Made by a program: the position numbers and the translations under genes. 64,000 nt of DNA from Puniceicoccaceae bacterium (GTDB lineage: Bacteria; Verrucomicrobiota; Verrucomicrobiia; Opitutales; JAFGAQ01), in NCBI GenBank assembly GCA_040224245.1, contig JBEGIR010000017.1:3611-67610 (forward strand). Direction: 5' to 3'. Positions 25,002 through 36,496 of this stretch are shown here, piece by piece; within the stretch, counting starts at the first letter, position 1, and each line of letters opens with the position of its first letter. The notes under the pieces are model-generated. The model was given only the letters and a program-made list of their open reading frames with translations, had not been told where the DNA came from and did not search any database.

Positions 25002-26549
25002 CTACATGGGTTGAATGTAATCCTTGAACGCCGAGTGCTGATCGTAATTTGCCCGCTGCAGAACCCATGGCCTTTTGCCAGGCTGGATAATGAGTTGCCT
25101 GCAAAGATGATCATCCCGCGCAAAATACTGGCTGATTTCCTCAGGGGTAAGCAGGCTCTGGATTTGCAGATTGTGATTAAAGCCGGTTGCCCCTTGCTGA
25201 TTGCGCTGATCTCTGCTGACCGATCCCTGATTGGTGACAGTCAATGTCGTCTGTCCAAGACGCTTGCTCAAGAATTCTGTGGTTGAAAGCTCTGAATTCC
25301 CGAAGGCCTGAATGACTCCGGCATTGCCGATAAAGGTTTCCCAGCGCTTGTTATAAAGCGCCTTGAGCTGGCTTAAGTCCTGCAAGAAAATCCAGAGCTT
25401 CACGCCAAGACCGGCCATATAACCAATCGCAGTTTCAAGCTCCTTCATGTAACCCAGAACAGGAAACTCATCCAAGATCATCAAAACTGGATAATCCGGT
25501 TTCTTTTTGGATTTTTCCATCGCCGCCAATGCGAGATTTACACTGACGCGCAAGAGGGCTGAGCACGTGCTCATGCGCATGACCGGCAGGCATTCATAAA
25601 TGCTGACATTGCCGTTCTTCAAATCTTCGAACCCAAAATCATTACCGCTCAGAGTCTCGCGGATTGGCTCATAATCCAGAAACTTCAAATTACGCCGCGC
25701 CGTGGAAACCACGCTGGTTTGCTCAGCACTCGCCTTTTCCTTTAAGGTCACTGCCGCCCCAGAAATCCTGCCTTCCAGACAAGGATTGTCCTCCATCTCT
25801 GCAATCAGATCATCAAGCTCCATCATCTTACCGGAAAGCAGATCATAGACCATCGGCAAATTGCGCTCTTCCTTCACGAACTTGTAATCAGTTGCCACAT
25901 GAAGAATGACCCCCTCAACAAAGGCTCTGGCCGTTTCAGACCAGTGAGGCTCTCTGGCTTCTTCGATCACCAGAGCGCTTGCAATTAGCCCCGCATCCTC
26001 AATGATGGTCGGGCTGTCATATTCCAGTATGCTGAGCGGATTAAAGCGCACCACATAGGAGCGTAGTTCTCCAGGCATCAATCCAAACGGATCGATGATC
26101 CCGACTTTCTGACCCAGCACTTCTGCGCGGTGTTTGGCGGTCAAAAGTGCATGATCACCTTTAGGATCGATAGAAAAAACCGACCCGCCATAGGTGAGGA
26201 GGTTTGGGATAATCCCCGAGCGGCCTTTGCCGCTTCTCGAACCCGCTATGGTCAAAACATGGCGGTCATCAAGCGAACCAATCAAATTACCGCCATCAGC
26301 CAGGTATTCGCTCCGTCCGTCACTCCGCTTGAGCTTAGTGCAATTTGCATGGGTAATGCCAAGAAATATCTCTCCGGTTCTTGGGGTAAATCCATGATTG
26401 GCTGCGATAATTTCAGGGCTTTCAAAAAACTGATAGGGCAGCCAGCTTTTTGCCTTGGCTCTGCCCTCAACCCCGCGCGGTAAATCCTGCAATACATTAG
26501 CGCTCTTTGCTGATGGATTATTGGAGGATGAGGCTTTCTTGAATATCAT
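25002..26549 (-). CDS. Type IV coupling protein (TraG/VirD4/TraD family), no obvious N-terminal TM segment
   Basis: Walker A LTIAGSRSGKGRSGIIPNLL and Walker B region PVLMILDEFPVLGYM...LWIFLQDLSQLKALY. Confidence 0.85.
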   Translation of the reverse strand: MIFKKASSSNNPSAKSANVLQDLPRGVEGRAKAKSWLPYQFFESPEIIAANHGFTPRTGEIFLGITHANCTKLKRSDGRSEYLADGGNLIGSLDDRHVLTIAGSRSGKGRSGIIPNLLTYGGSVFSIDPKGDHALLTAKHRAEVLGQKVGIIDPFGLMPGELRSYVVRFNPLSILEYDSPTIIEDAGLIASALVIEEAREPHWSETARAFVEGVILHVATDYKFVKEERNLPMVYDLLSGKMMELDDLIAEMEDNPCLEGRISGAAVTLKEKASAEQTSVVSTARRNLKFLDYEPIRETLSGNDFGFEDLKNGNVSIYECLPVMRMSTCSALLRVSVNLALAAMEKSKKKPDYPVLMILDEFPVLGYMKELETAIGYMAGLGVKLWIFLQDLSQLKALYNKRWETFIGNAGVIQAFGNSELSTTEFLSKRLGQTTLTVTNQGSVSRDQRNQQGATGFNHNLQIQSLLTPEEISQYFARDDHLCRQLIIQPGKRPWVLQRANYDQHSAFKDYIQPM

Positions 26550-26692
26550 AAGGAGGAGAAAATCAGGAATGCATCATATAGTTAAAATTTTGAGAATTTA
26601 TCAAGCCCATTAGAATTTGTATTTCGGAGCCAACCAATATTTTAGCCAGTTAGAGCCGGATGAAGACAGCCCTTGCCTCGTATCAAGGGCAG

Positions 26693-26929
26693 ATGAAAAC
26701 ACAAGACACGCAAAGACTACCGATTCCGGTTTCCTTGCCCAAAGTGGCGAGGATGCTGGATATTTCAAAACGCGGAGTTTACAGGCTGATTGCCTCTGGT
26801 GAACTCCCACATCCCGTCAAGATTGGCGGATGCTCGAAACTCTTCGTGCACCAGATCGAGGATTATCTGAGGAGGCTGGAGGACAAACAAACTGGGCGTG
26901 AACATCCGTTCATGTTTGACTCTCGGTAA
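26693..26929 (+). CDS. AlpA/excisionase-type HTH DNA-binding protein
   Basis: LPKVARMLDISKRGVYRLIASGELPHPVKIGGCSKLFVHQIEDYL matches the HTH_17/AlpA pattern. The alternative start is 26660. Confidence 0.7.
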   Translation: MKTQDTQRLPIPVSLPKVARMLDISKRGVYRLIASGELPHPVKIGGCSKLFVHQIEDYLRRLEDKQTGREHPFMFDSR

Positions 26930-26950
26930 TCCGTAACCAGAATAATTCTC

Positions 26951-28486
<1,536 letters not shown>

Positions 28487-28525
28487 ATCTGGCACTGGGT
28501 GGGATGACAAGCCTTATTTGAAGGA

Positions 28526-30289
28526 TTATTTGAGATAGACTTTCTGAGGCTTGTAGTGGGTGTGCAGGAGTTGGTGGGCGCGCTCACTGCAGGGTGCTTC
28601 GAGGAAGTCGGCGTAGATGCGTTGGATTTCGGGATTGTCGTGGGAGCAGCGGGTCGTGCTTTGGGCATCGTCGTCGTAGAGTCCGGCCATGCGCTGTTTG
28701 CGCAGCCCGACATCAACGTTGTAGGGTTGACCTCCGCCACCGATGCAGCCGCCGGTGCAGGCCATGACTTCGATGAAATGGTAGGGGGTGGGATCGCCAT
28801 TGTGGCGGGCCTGGCGCACGCGCTTGAGCACTTCGCCGACATTGGCCATACCGTGGGCCACGGCTACCTTGATGGGCGTTCCCTGAATGTTGATTGTGGC
28901 TTCCTTGACTCCCGTGAGACCGCGCACGGGCGTGATGTTGAGGGCGTCTCCCTCAAGGTTATCTCCGGTTACCAGATGATAGGCAGTGCGAATGGCAGCC
29001 TCCATGACCCCACCGGTCGCGCCAAAGAGGGTTCCGGCACCGGAGTAAGTGCCGAGCAGGGAATCTGCCTGCTCTCCTGCGAGTTCCGTGAAGGCGATGC
29101 CGGATTGTTTGATCATGCGCGCGAGTTCACGGGTGGTGAGCACCACATCGACATCCGGATAGCCTGAGGCGAACATGTCTTGGGTTCGCTCAAGTTCGAA
29201 TTTTTTCGCCGTGCAGGGCATGATGGAGACCTGATAATGTGTCGCCGGATCGATCCCCATTTTTTCGGAATAGTAGGTCTTGGCCATGACGCCGAGCATC
29301 TGCTGGGGACTCTTGGCGGTGGAGAAGTTGTCGATGAAGTCGTGGTGGAATTTTTCCATGTAGTCGGTCCAGGCCGGGCAGCAGGAGGTGATCAGCGGCA
29401 GTGGACCTGTACCCTGCGTGAGGCGATGCACAAATTCCGTTGCCTCTTCCATGATCGTGAGGTCTGCGCTGAAGTTGGTGTCGAAGACTGCCTTGAAACC
29501 GAGGCGGCGCAGAGCGGCGTAAATCTTGTGGGTGAGATTGGTGCCCGGTGCATAGCCAAACTCCTCGCCGAGAGCGATGCGCACGCTTGGGGCGATCTGC
29601 ACGGAGCAGAATTTTTCAGGATCGCGCAGCGCGGCCCAGACGGTGGCGGTTTCGTCGTTTTCGACGATGGCGCCAGTGGGACAGTGGGCTGCACACTGAC
29701 CGCACTTGATACAGGGAGATTCGGAGAGCAGGATGTCGCCTGCCGGGGCCATGCGGGTGTGGATGCCGCGCTCGAGAAAGGAGAGTGCCCAGACATTCTG
29801 CACCTCCTGGCAGACTTGCACGCAGCGACCGCACTTGATGCATTTGTTAAAATCGATGATGATGGAACCATTGGAAGCGTCGCAGGGTAGGTCGCGCATG
29901 TAGCGATCGATGGAGTCCTGCCGGATGCCGAACTCGGCAGCGAGTGTCTGCAGCTCGCAGTTGCCGTTTCTCCCGCAGGAGAGGCAGGCATTGGGGTGGT
30001 TGGAGAGAATAAGCTCGATCACGGAGCGCCGGATTTCAGTGAGTTCGCCGTCGTGCGTAGTGATCTCCATTCCATCTTCGAGCGGAGTGGCGCAGGCGCG
30101 GGGAAACTTGCGCGAACCCGCCACCTTCACGATGCAGAGTCCGCAGGCGGCTGTGGGCAGCAGATCCTTGTGCTTGCACAGTGTGGGAACCTTCACCTGG
30201 ACCGAACGGGCGGCCTCAAGAATGGTGGTGCCGTAGGGAACTGAAACGGGCAGACCGTTAATGCGGGCTTGAACGATGTGTTGGATCAT
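28526..30289 (-). CDS. hydA: [FeFe]-hydrogenase catalytic subunit (HydA, multimeric NAD(P)-dependent type)
   Basis: N-terminal 2Fe-2S ferredoxin-like fold, CIKCGRCVQVC and CIKCGQCAAHCPTGA 4Fe-4S motifs, H-cluster motifs FTSCCPAW, MPCTAKKFE and EVMACTGGCIGGGGQP. Confidence 0.9.
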   Translation of the reverse strand: MIQHIVQARINGLPVSVPYGTTILEAARSVQVKVPTLCKHKDLLPTAACGLCIVKVAGSRKFPRACATPLEDGMEITTHDGELTEIRRSVIELILSNHPNACLSCGRNGNCELQTLAAEFGIRQDSIDRYMRDLPCDASNGSIIIDFNKCIKCGRCVQVCQEVQNVWALSFLERGIHTRMAPAGDILLSESPCIKCGQCAAHCPTGAIVENDETATVWAALRDPEKFCSVQIAPSVRIALGEEFGYAPGTNLTHKIYAALRRLGFKAVFDTNFSADLTIMEEATEFVHRLTQGTGPLPLITSCCPAWTDYMEKFHHDFIDNFSTAKSPQQMLGVMAKTYYSEKMGIDPATHYQVSIMPCTAKKFELERTQDMFASGYPDVDVVLTTRELARMIKQSGIAFTELAGEQADSLLGTYSGAGTLFGATGGVMEAAIRTAYHLVTGDNLEGDALNITPVRGLTGVKEATINIQGTPIKVAVAHGMANVGEVLKRVRQARHNGDPTPYHFIEVMACTGGCIGGGGQPYNVDVGLRKQRMAGLYDDDAQSTTRCSHDNPEIQRIYADFLEAPCSERAHQLLHTHYKPQKVYLK

Positions 30290-30319
30290 GGCGAACGGGG
30301 TAGGGGTGGGATGGGAAAA

Positions 30320-32275
30320 TCACGCCGTTTGTTTGGCCAACTCGCTGAGCTGTTTCTTGACCTTGCGTGCGTAGGAGGCTCCACCCTCAATGAAGGCGGT
30401 GTATTCCTCTTCAAAGTAGCGCAAGGTGGAGAGAACGGGGTTGGGGGCGGTCTGGCCGAGGCCGCAGAGCGAAGCGGTTTGCATGGCCTTGCAGATGCGG
30501 CGGATCTGCTGAAGGTCCGATTCACATCCTCGCCCGCGAAAGATTTTTTCGAGCAACTGCAGGATCTGATAGCCGCCGACGCGGCAGGGAGCGCATTTTC
30601 CGCAGGACTCATCAACGCAGAACTTGAGGTAAAACTTTGCCACATCGACCATGCTGTCATTTTGATCCATCACCAGCATGCCACCGGAACCCATGATCGA
30701 GCCGAGCTGGCTCAGGCTCTCAAAGCTGATCGCAGTATCGACGAGGCGTTCGGGAATGACTCCACCTGAAGGACCTCCGGTTTGCACCGCCTTCAACTGA
30801 TTGCCACTGAGCACGCCACCGCAGATGTCAAAGATGATCTTGCGCAGAGGGATGCCCATGGGAACTTCGACGAGTTGGGCGTTGCGCACCTTGCCAGTGA
30901 CCGCAAAAACCTTGGTTCCCCGGGAGGTTTCGGTGCCATACTGTGCGTACCATGCTGCGTCCCGCTGGAAAATGGAGGCGACCGCAGCGAGGGTTTCCAC
31001 GTTGTTGATGGCCGTGGGTTTGCCAAACAGCCCGCTGACGGACGGGAAGGGTGGACGTGGGGCAGGGCTCCCTCGCTTCCCCTCGATGGAGGCGATCAGT
31101 GCGGTTTCCTCTCCACAGACAAAGGCACCGGCACCCAGTCGGATGTCGGCCTCAAAATCAAATCCGCTGCCGAGAATGTTGCGGCCGAGCAGGCCAGCCT
31201 CCCTCGCTTCGGTGATCGCGCGCTGCACGCGCTTCACGGCGAGCGGATACTCTGCCCGGATGTAGAAGTAGCCCTTGCAGGCGCCAATGCAGTAGCCAGC
31301 GAGCATCAGACCCTCGAGCACGCGGTGTGGATCGCCTTCGAGCACGCTGCGATCCATGAAGGCTCCCGGATCCCCCTCGTCTGCGTTGCAGATGACGTAT
31401 TTCTGGTCGGAGACAGGCTCGCGCGTCAGTTTCCACTTGAGCCAGGTGGGAAAGCCTGCACCGCCGCGTCCCCGAAGACCGCTGGTTTTGAGTTCCGCAA
31501 TGGCCTGCTCCGGAGTCAAAGTGCTCAGCGTTTGCGCCAGGCCCTGATAAGCACCGTGTTGCAGAGCGTCCTGCAGATCTTCGGGATCGATGATGCCACA
31601 GTGTTGCAACACGATGCGTAGTTGGGGGTCGCGCTCCTTCACCAGCAAATCCTCCACGATCCGACCGTGCACGAGAGACTCGGTCAGGATGCGGCGAAGG
31701 TCGGGAGTCAAAACATTGGAATACGTCACCCCTGAAGGAAGCAGTTGCACGCACATGCCCTGATCGTAGAGGCCCATGTCGAGTGCGCGCACGACCTGGA
31801 TGTCGCGGATGCCATGCACGGCGAGTTCCTGTTCAAGCGAGGATTGATAAAACCGGGTACGGTCTCCCTTGTCGTCACTGGTGTCCATGACCAGCAGGGC
31901 GATTTGACGTTCGCCGTTGAGGGACGTTGCGCGCTGTCGGGTGGCGATGATGTGATCGTCGAGCAGGCGCTGTTCAGCAAGGTGTTGCATCACAATGGCT
32001 TGCGCGAGCGGTGGATTGACCTGGCCATAGGTGATGAGGGGCAGGTGTTCGGTTTTCACCATGACGACGGGGTCGGCGTAGGCCATGCCATTGCTGCCTG
32101 TCTGAAGAATCTCGGCGGGCAGACCCTGGGCTGCTTTGGTGGTTCGCAGGCATTCGAGCACCTCGGCAGCACCGGCCGCGATGCCACCTGTGTCCATGGC
32201 AACGCTGGCCCAGTTGGGCGGGCGCGGAGTTGTGTTGCGCAGGGATTGCAGTGCTTCGAGTGACAGGCGGTTCAT
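30320..32275 (-). CDS. hydB: NuoF-like flavoprotein subunit (HydB)
   Basis: GLRGRGGAGFPTWLKWK (FMN/NADH site), ICNADEGDPGAF, and the C-terminal ESCGKCAPCR 4Fe-4S motif. 651 aa with an N-terminal extension. Confidence 0.9.
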   Translation of the reverse strand: MNRLSLEALQSLRNTTPRPPNWASVAMDTGGIAAGAAEVLECLRTTKAAQGLPAEILQTGSNGMAYADPVVMVKTEHLPLITYGQVNPPLAQAIVMQHLAEQRLLDDHIIATRQRATSLNGERQIALLVMDTSDDKGDRTRFYQSSLEQELAVHGIRDIQVVRALDMGLYDQGMCVQLLPSGVTYSNVLTPDLRRILTESLVHGRIVEDLLVKERDPQLRIVLQHCGIIDPEDLQDALQHGAYQGLAQTLSTLTPEQAIAELKTSGLRGRGGAGFPTWLKWKLTREPVSDQKYVICNADEGDPGAFMDRSVLEGDPHRVLEGLMLAGYCIGACKGYFYIRAEYPLAVKRVQRAITEAREAGLLGRNILGSGFDFEADIRLGAGAFVCGEETALIASIEGKRGSPAPRPPFPSVSGLFGKPTAINNVETLAAVASIFQRDAAWYAQYGTETSRGTKVFAVTGKVRNAQLVEVPMGIPLRKIIFDICGGVLSGNQLKAVQTGGPSGGVIPERLVDTAISFESLSQLGSIMGSGGMLVMDQNDSMVDVAKFYLKFCVDESCGKCAPCRVGGYQILQLLEKIFRGRGCESDLQQIRRICKAMQTASLCGLGQTAPNPVLSTLRYFEEEYTAFIEGGASYARKVKKQLSELAKQTA

Positions 32276-32781
32276 GCGGCTCCTCCTTTTTTCGCATGTT
32301 CCAGAATATCCTGAAGTTGGCTGGAGATGACGCGACCGTAGGTTTTTTCGTCCACCACCATGGCGGGTGCCATGCCGCAGCAGCCGATGCAGCGCACGGT
32401 TTCCAGGTGAAATTCCCGATCCTCGGTGGTTTCTCCTTCCTTGATGTGCAGCTTGCGTTCGAGTTCCTCAATCAACTGGGGTGCCCCCTTGAGGTAGCAG
32501 GCAGTGCCATTGCAGAGCGCGACGCTGTGTTTGCCGGGGGGAACGAGTTTGAAGTAGTTGTAGAACGTGAGCACTTCATAGATGCGAGCGAGCGGGATGC
32601 CCAGTTCGCACGCCAGTTCCATCGAAATTTCACGGGGCACGTAGCCGTGCTCGTTTTCAATGGAATGCAGAATCATGATGAGGTTTCCCTCCTCATGTTT
32701 CCACGGTTTTACGTGTTTGGAGACTTCGACCTCGACGCGCTCACAGTCGTCGATCGGATAGGTCAGAGAGGCGGTATTCAT
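32272..32781 (-). CDS. hydC: NuoE-like 2Fe-2S subunit (HydC)
   Basis: From the ATG at 32781: ...EISMELACELGIPLARIYEVLTFYNYF...ALCNGTACYLKG...RCIGCCGMAPAMVV. 4-nt overlap with hydB. Confidence 0.85.
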   Translation of the reverse strand: MNTASLTYPIDDCERVEVEVSKHVKPWKHEEGNLIMILHSIENEHGYVPREISMELACELGIPLARIYEVLTFYNYFKLVPPGKHSVALCNGTACYLKGAPQLIEELERKLHIKEGETTEDREFHLETVRCIGCCGMAPAMVVDEKTYGRVISSQLQDILEHAKKGGAA

Positions 32782-33071
32782 GGGGTAGATCCTTTCGACA
32801 AAAGCGATTGTGCGGCAGCTCCTTGTCGTCGCAAGGGGGAAAGGCTGTGGGCTTCGGGTAGTGCGACAGCTAATTTCATGCATAAGGGATGCCGCATGCA
32901 TGCTTCGAAAATGGAAACTCCGCTCAGCGCGCAAATCCGGATCTGACGGTTGGAATGCGATTCGGGTCAAATGCGCTTGTATTTCACGGTTTGGCTTTTT
33001 ACATTTGCCCTTTCCTGCATCATGCGCGTAGCGGTGATGCGAATGTTTACCCCCTGAAACAATCTTGTTCT

Positions 33072-34202
33072 ATGAAGAAATCCCCCCTTGTGTTCGCTGG
33101 CGTCATCATCGCCCTTGCAGGCAGCATCTGCGCACCACTTCACGGTGCCGAAATACCGTCCCAGGACGCCGTAACCTCCGTCATGCAGCGTGTGGCTGAT
33201 TGGCAGATTGAGCACATTGACGATACCTCTTACACGATTCGTGTGGGCAAGGACCCGCACCACATCCGCGACTGGACACACGGGGCGCTTTGGGTGGGCA
33301 TGGTCAAGTGGGCTGAGATGGCGGAAGATTCCAAATACTACGACTTTTTGCTCGATATTGCAGAACGCGGCAATTGGGAGCTTCATGATCGTCCCTACCA
33401 CGCGGATGATCACACCGTTGGACAGCTCTACGTGGAATTGTACCGGAAGTTTGGAGGTCAGGAAAAAATTGAACCTACGCGCGAGCAGTTCGAATTCATC
33501 ATGGCCAATCCGAGTGATGAACCCATTTGGCTGGGCCAGTATGAGCACCTTGAACGCTGGACCTGGTGTGATGCGTTGTTCATGTCTCCGCCGATCTGGG
33601 CCAAATTGAGCAAGATCACTGGCGATGACCGCTACGTGGACTGGATGGTGGAGGAATTCAAGGCGACCACAGACCATCTCTGGGATCCTGAGGAACAGCT
33701 TTATTTCAGAGACAATACCTACATCGAACGTCGCGACCACGGGCGCAAGGTCTTCTGGTCCCGTGGGAACGGGTGGGTATTTGCCGGACTGCCCCTGATT
33801 CTGGATGAACTCGACCCGGACTCACCGCACTATGGGTATTTCCTCGATCTCTATCACCAGATGGCGGAAAAGCTTGTGGAGCTGCAGACCGACGAGGGGC
33901 ACTGGGCGATGAGTCTGTTAGCTGCGGATGTTTACCCGACACTGGAAACCAGTGGAACCTCATTTTTCACCTATGGCCTGGCGTGGGGCATCAACAACGG
34001 ATTGCTCGACCGCGATACCTATCTCCCGGCTGTGCTCAAAGGATGGAAGTCCGTCACTGCTGCTGTCAACGACGATGGTATGCTGGGATACGTGCAGCCG
34101 ATCGGTGCCGAACCTGGAAGCTCCTGGCCCGAGGTTACGGAAGTGTATGGCGTCGGTGCATTTCTCGCTGCAGGCAGCGAAGTTTACAAGCTGGCCAAGT
34201 GA
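33072..34202 (+). CDS. Glycoside hydrolase family 88/105 (unsaturated rhamnogalacturonyl/glucuronyl hydrolase, YteR-like)
   Basis: Signal peptide from the ATG at 33072. DWTHGALWVGM, WCDALFMSPPIW, FWSRGNGWVFAGL, TSGTSFFTYGLAWGINNG, GVGAFLAAGSEV. Confidence 0.8.
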   Translation: MKKSPLVFAGVIIALAGSICAPLHGAEIPSQDAVTSVMQRVADWQIEHIDDTSYTIRVGKDPHHIRDWTHGALWVGMVKWAEMAEDSKYYDFLLDIAERGNWELHDRPYHADDHTVGQLYVELYRKFGGQEKIEPTREQFEFIMANPSDEPIWLGQYEHLERWTWCDALFMSPPIWAKLSKITGDDRYVDWMVEEFKATTDHLWDPEEQLYFRDNTYIERRDHGRKVFWSRGNGWVFAGLPLILDELDPDSPHYGYFLDLYHQMAEKLVELQTDEGHWAMSLLAADVYPTLETSGTSFFTYGLAWGINNGLLDRDTYLPAVLKGWKSVTAAVNDDGMLGYVQPIGAEPGSSWPEVTEVYGVGAFLAAGSEVYKLAK

Positions 34203-34520
34203 GCGATACGAGGCATTGCAGCTTCACCCTTAGCGGGGTTTGGGGAAATTCTGATTCGGTCGCAGTGGCGTGCCTTGGCTACGCTTGCCGATGGTGAAGG
34301 TGCACCCCGTCTGATAGGGGGAAACAGGGATAGGGATTGGCGTGCCCACGGATCCGGTTCGCCAAGGCAAACCCCTGCACAAAAGCAATGAATCTGTGCC
34401 CACGATGAGGGGTGCAGGTTCGGGACTTCTCCACACTTTTCGATTTGAACATTGACCTTTTCTGTGAGGAATTCATTACTACGGTAACGATTCTTGCAGA
34501 AACAATGATCAAACCGAACG

Positions 34521-35054
34521 ATGGATGACGTTTTTCCCATGGCCCGCGAGGCCGATGATGCGATGCAAGCCCTCAGCTATGAGTTGCGGGTGTTGAGCGC
34601 GATTCGGCGCATTGCGCGCTCGGTGGATGTCTATTCAAAACGGGTATCTCAGCGCTATGGCGTGACGGTGCCACAATTGATCTGTCTATTGCGAATCGAC
34701 GAAATGGGGTCGCTTTCCATCAAGGAATTGGCGACCGCGGTGAATTTGAGTCCAAGTGTGGTGGTCGGGATTGTCGACCGCCTTGAGAAGCAGGAGTATG
34801 TCGTGCGGGAGCGGTCCATTCGTGACCGTCGCATCGTGCGTGTGCTGCTGACGGAACGGGCCAAAGCATTGATTGCAAATTCACCCTCCCCATTGCAGGA
34901 AAACCTCAAAGCGGCAGTCGGAAAGTTGCCGGAACTGGAACGCGCCACCATTGCGCTCTCTTTGGAAAAAGTCTGCGCCTTGATGGAGTCAGAGCGGGTC
35001 AACCCGGAGATGCAGGGCAGCGATGCCGCTCTTCTGGATATCGCTACGGTCTGA
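34521..35054 (+). CDS. MarR-family transcriptional regulator
   Basis: Winged-HTH pattern: VTVPQLICLLRIDEMGSLSIKELATAVNLSPSVVVGIVDRLEKQEYVVRERSIRDRR. Confidence 0.8.
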   Translation: MDDVFPMAREADDAMQALSYELRVLSAIRRIARSVDVYSKRVSQRYGVTVPQLICLLRIDEMGSLSIKELATAVNLSPSVVVGIVDRLEKQEYVVRERSIRDRRIVRVLLTERAKALIANSPSPLQENLKAAVGKLPELERATIALSLEKVCALMESERVNPEMQGSDAALLDIATV

Positions 35055-35163
35055 ATTCGCGGGCAGATTCATGAGGTTTCCCACAGGCATGGACGTTGCT
35101 GAGTCGACGTGGCTTCGCGTTTCCGCGAAGTGGCCTGAAACCCTACAACTACAAAACAAAACT

Positions 35164-36444
35164 ATGACTTGCACATTGATTCAATTGACAAAACGCAGCG
35201 TGGGCCTTGCCTCGCTCATCGCGGGTTTGCCCATGATGCTCATGGCGCAAAGCAGTGAAGAACTGCGCCAGCGCGTCGAACGCCTCGAGAGCGAACTGGC
35301 AGAAGCAAAAGCAGCACTCGCGAGTGCTGCGGATACAGGGCCATCCAAAATACAGCTCGGCAATCTGAGCATTGGAGGAGCGATGCGCGTCAACTATGTG
35401 ATTGGGGACTACGAGAGTGGTCCGGGAGCGACGCGCGGTTCCAGTGGCGGCAACATGATGCTCGATACCTTTCGCATCAATCTGGACTACGTGAAGGGGC
35501 CGTGGAGTGCGAAGGCCGAATACCGTTGGTACAATGGCTACAACATGCTGCACACCGGTTGGCTGGGTTACACCGGTGAAACCGATTGGAGTGTGCAGCT
35601 GGGAGTCAACCGTGTGCCCTTTGGTCCGGGTGCCTACGGAGTCTCCAACAGTTGGTTTTTTGATCAGCATTTTTACGTTGGACTTGCGGATGACATGGAT
35701 CTCGGGGTCAAATACACCACATCCCGGGGTGACCTGACCTGGGACTTTGCTTACTACGTATCGGATGAGGGCAATTATGTGGGTGCCTCCCGAGACTCTG
35801 CCCGCTATTCCTACGATCCGGTCATGTGGACCTACGAGGGGGAAAAACGCGGCTATGCGGAGCGGCATCAGGTCAACGCCCGTGTCATTGCGGATCTTTC
35901 GGACAGCACCGACTTGGGGGCCTCCCTGCAGGCGGGACTACTGGAGGGTGAGAAAAGCGACGATGGCAGCATGGTGGCAGGTTCGGTGCACATGGTGAAC
36001 ACCCTGGGCAAGTGGCGCGTCAACTCCCAGCTGACCTACTACAACTATGATATTGGTGCAGGTGCGACCGGGGATGATGAGTTGATTCCATTCGGAGCCT
36101 ACGATTATGCGTGGCCAATTGCGACCGAAGCGGTGATTCCTGCGATTGCGGTGAGCTACAGCGTGGATACGGGTCACCTGGACTGGCTGGATTCGCTGAC
36201 GCTCTACGCGGAGTACAGCTCGATCCTGAAGACGGGAAGCACGGCGGATGGAACCGACTTTAAGGACAGCTCGCTTGCAGTTCTCGGAGCCGCTTGGGCG
36301 CGCGGGGGATGGTACATTTACACCGATCTGGCATTTTCTGACGGAAATTATTTTGTCGGTCTGGACGATTTTACCACGCAGGGAGCGAACTTGAACGCCT
36401 CCTGGCAGAGCCGGTTGAACATCAATTTTGGCTACTATTTCTAG
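35164..36444 (+). CDS. Putative outer-membrane porin
   Basis: ATG at 35164. Signal-like N-terminus, a short coiled coil (ELRQRVERLESELAEAKAAL), an alternating beta-strand pattern, and C-terminal ...LNINFGYYF ending in an aromatic residue. Confidence 0.6.
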   Translation: MTCTLIQLTKRSVGLASLIAGLPMMLMAQSSEELRQRVERLESELAEAKAALASAADTGPSKIQLGNLSIGGAMRVNYVIGDYESGPGATRGSSGGNMMLDTFRINLDYVKGPWSAKAEYRWYNGYNMLHTGWLGYTGETDWSVQLGVNRVPFGPGAYGVSNSWFFDQHFYVGLADDMDLGVKYTTSRGDLTWDFAYYVSDEGNYVGASRDSARYSYDPVMWTYEGEKRGYAERHQVNARVIADLSDSTDLGASLQAGLLEGEKSDDGSMVAGSVHMVNTLGKWRVNSQLTYYNYDIGAGATGDDELIPFGAYDYAWPIATEAVIPAIAVSYSVDTGHLDWLDSLTLYAEYSSILKTGSTADGTDFKDSSLAVLGAAWARGGWYIYTDLAFSDGNYFVGLDDFTTQGANLNASWQSRLNINFGYYF

Positions 36445-36496
36445 GATTGGATTTCCACAGAAAACTCTTGCAACCCCTACAAACCATCAAGACGAC

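Noticed and set aside
28556-32946. Many long ORFs antisense to or out of frame with hydA/hydB/hydC (for example 28556-29167, 29180-29890, 30782-31621, 31745-32263, 32230-32946)
   Set aside because: They lie in GC-rich DNA where stop codons are rare and are fully shadowed by genes with unambiguous hydrogenase/NuoF/NuoE motifs. Their translations are Gly/Ala/Arg-rich with no motifs.
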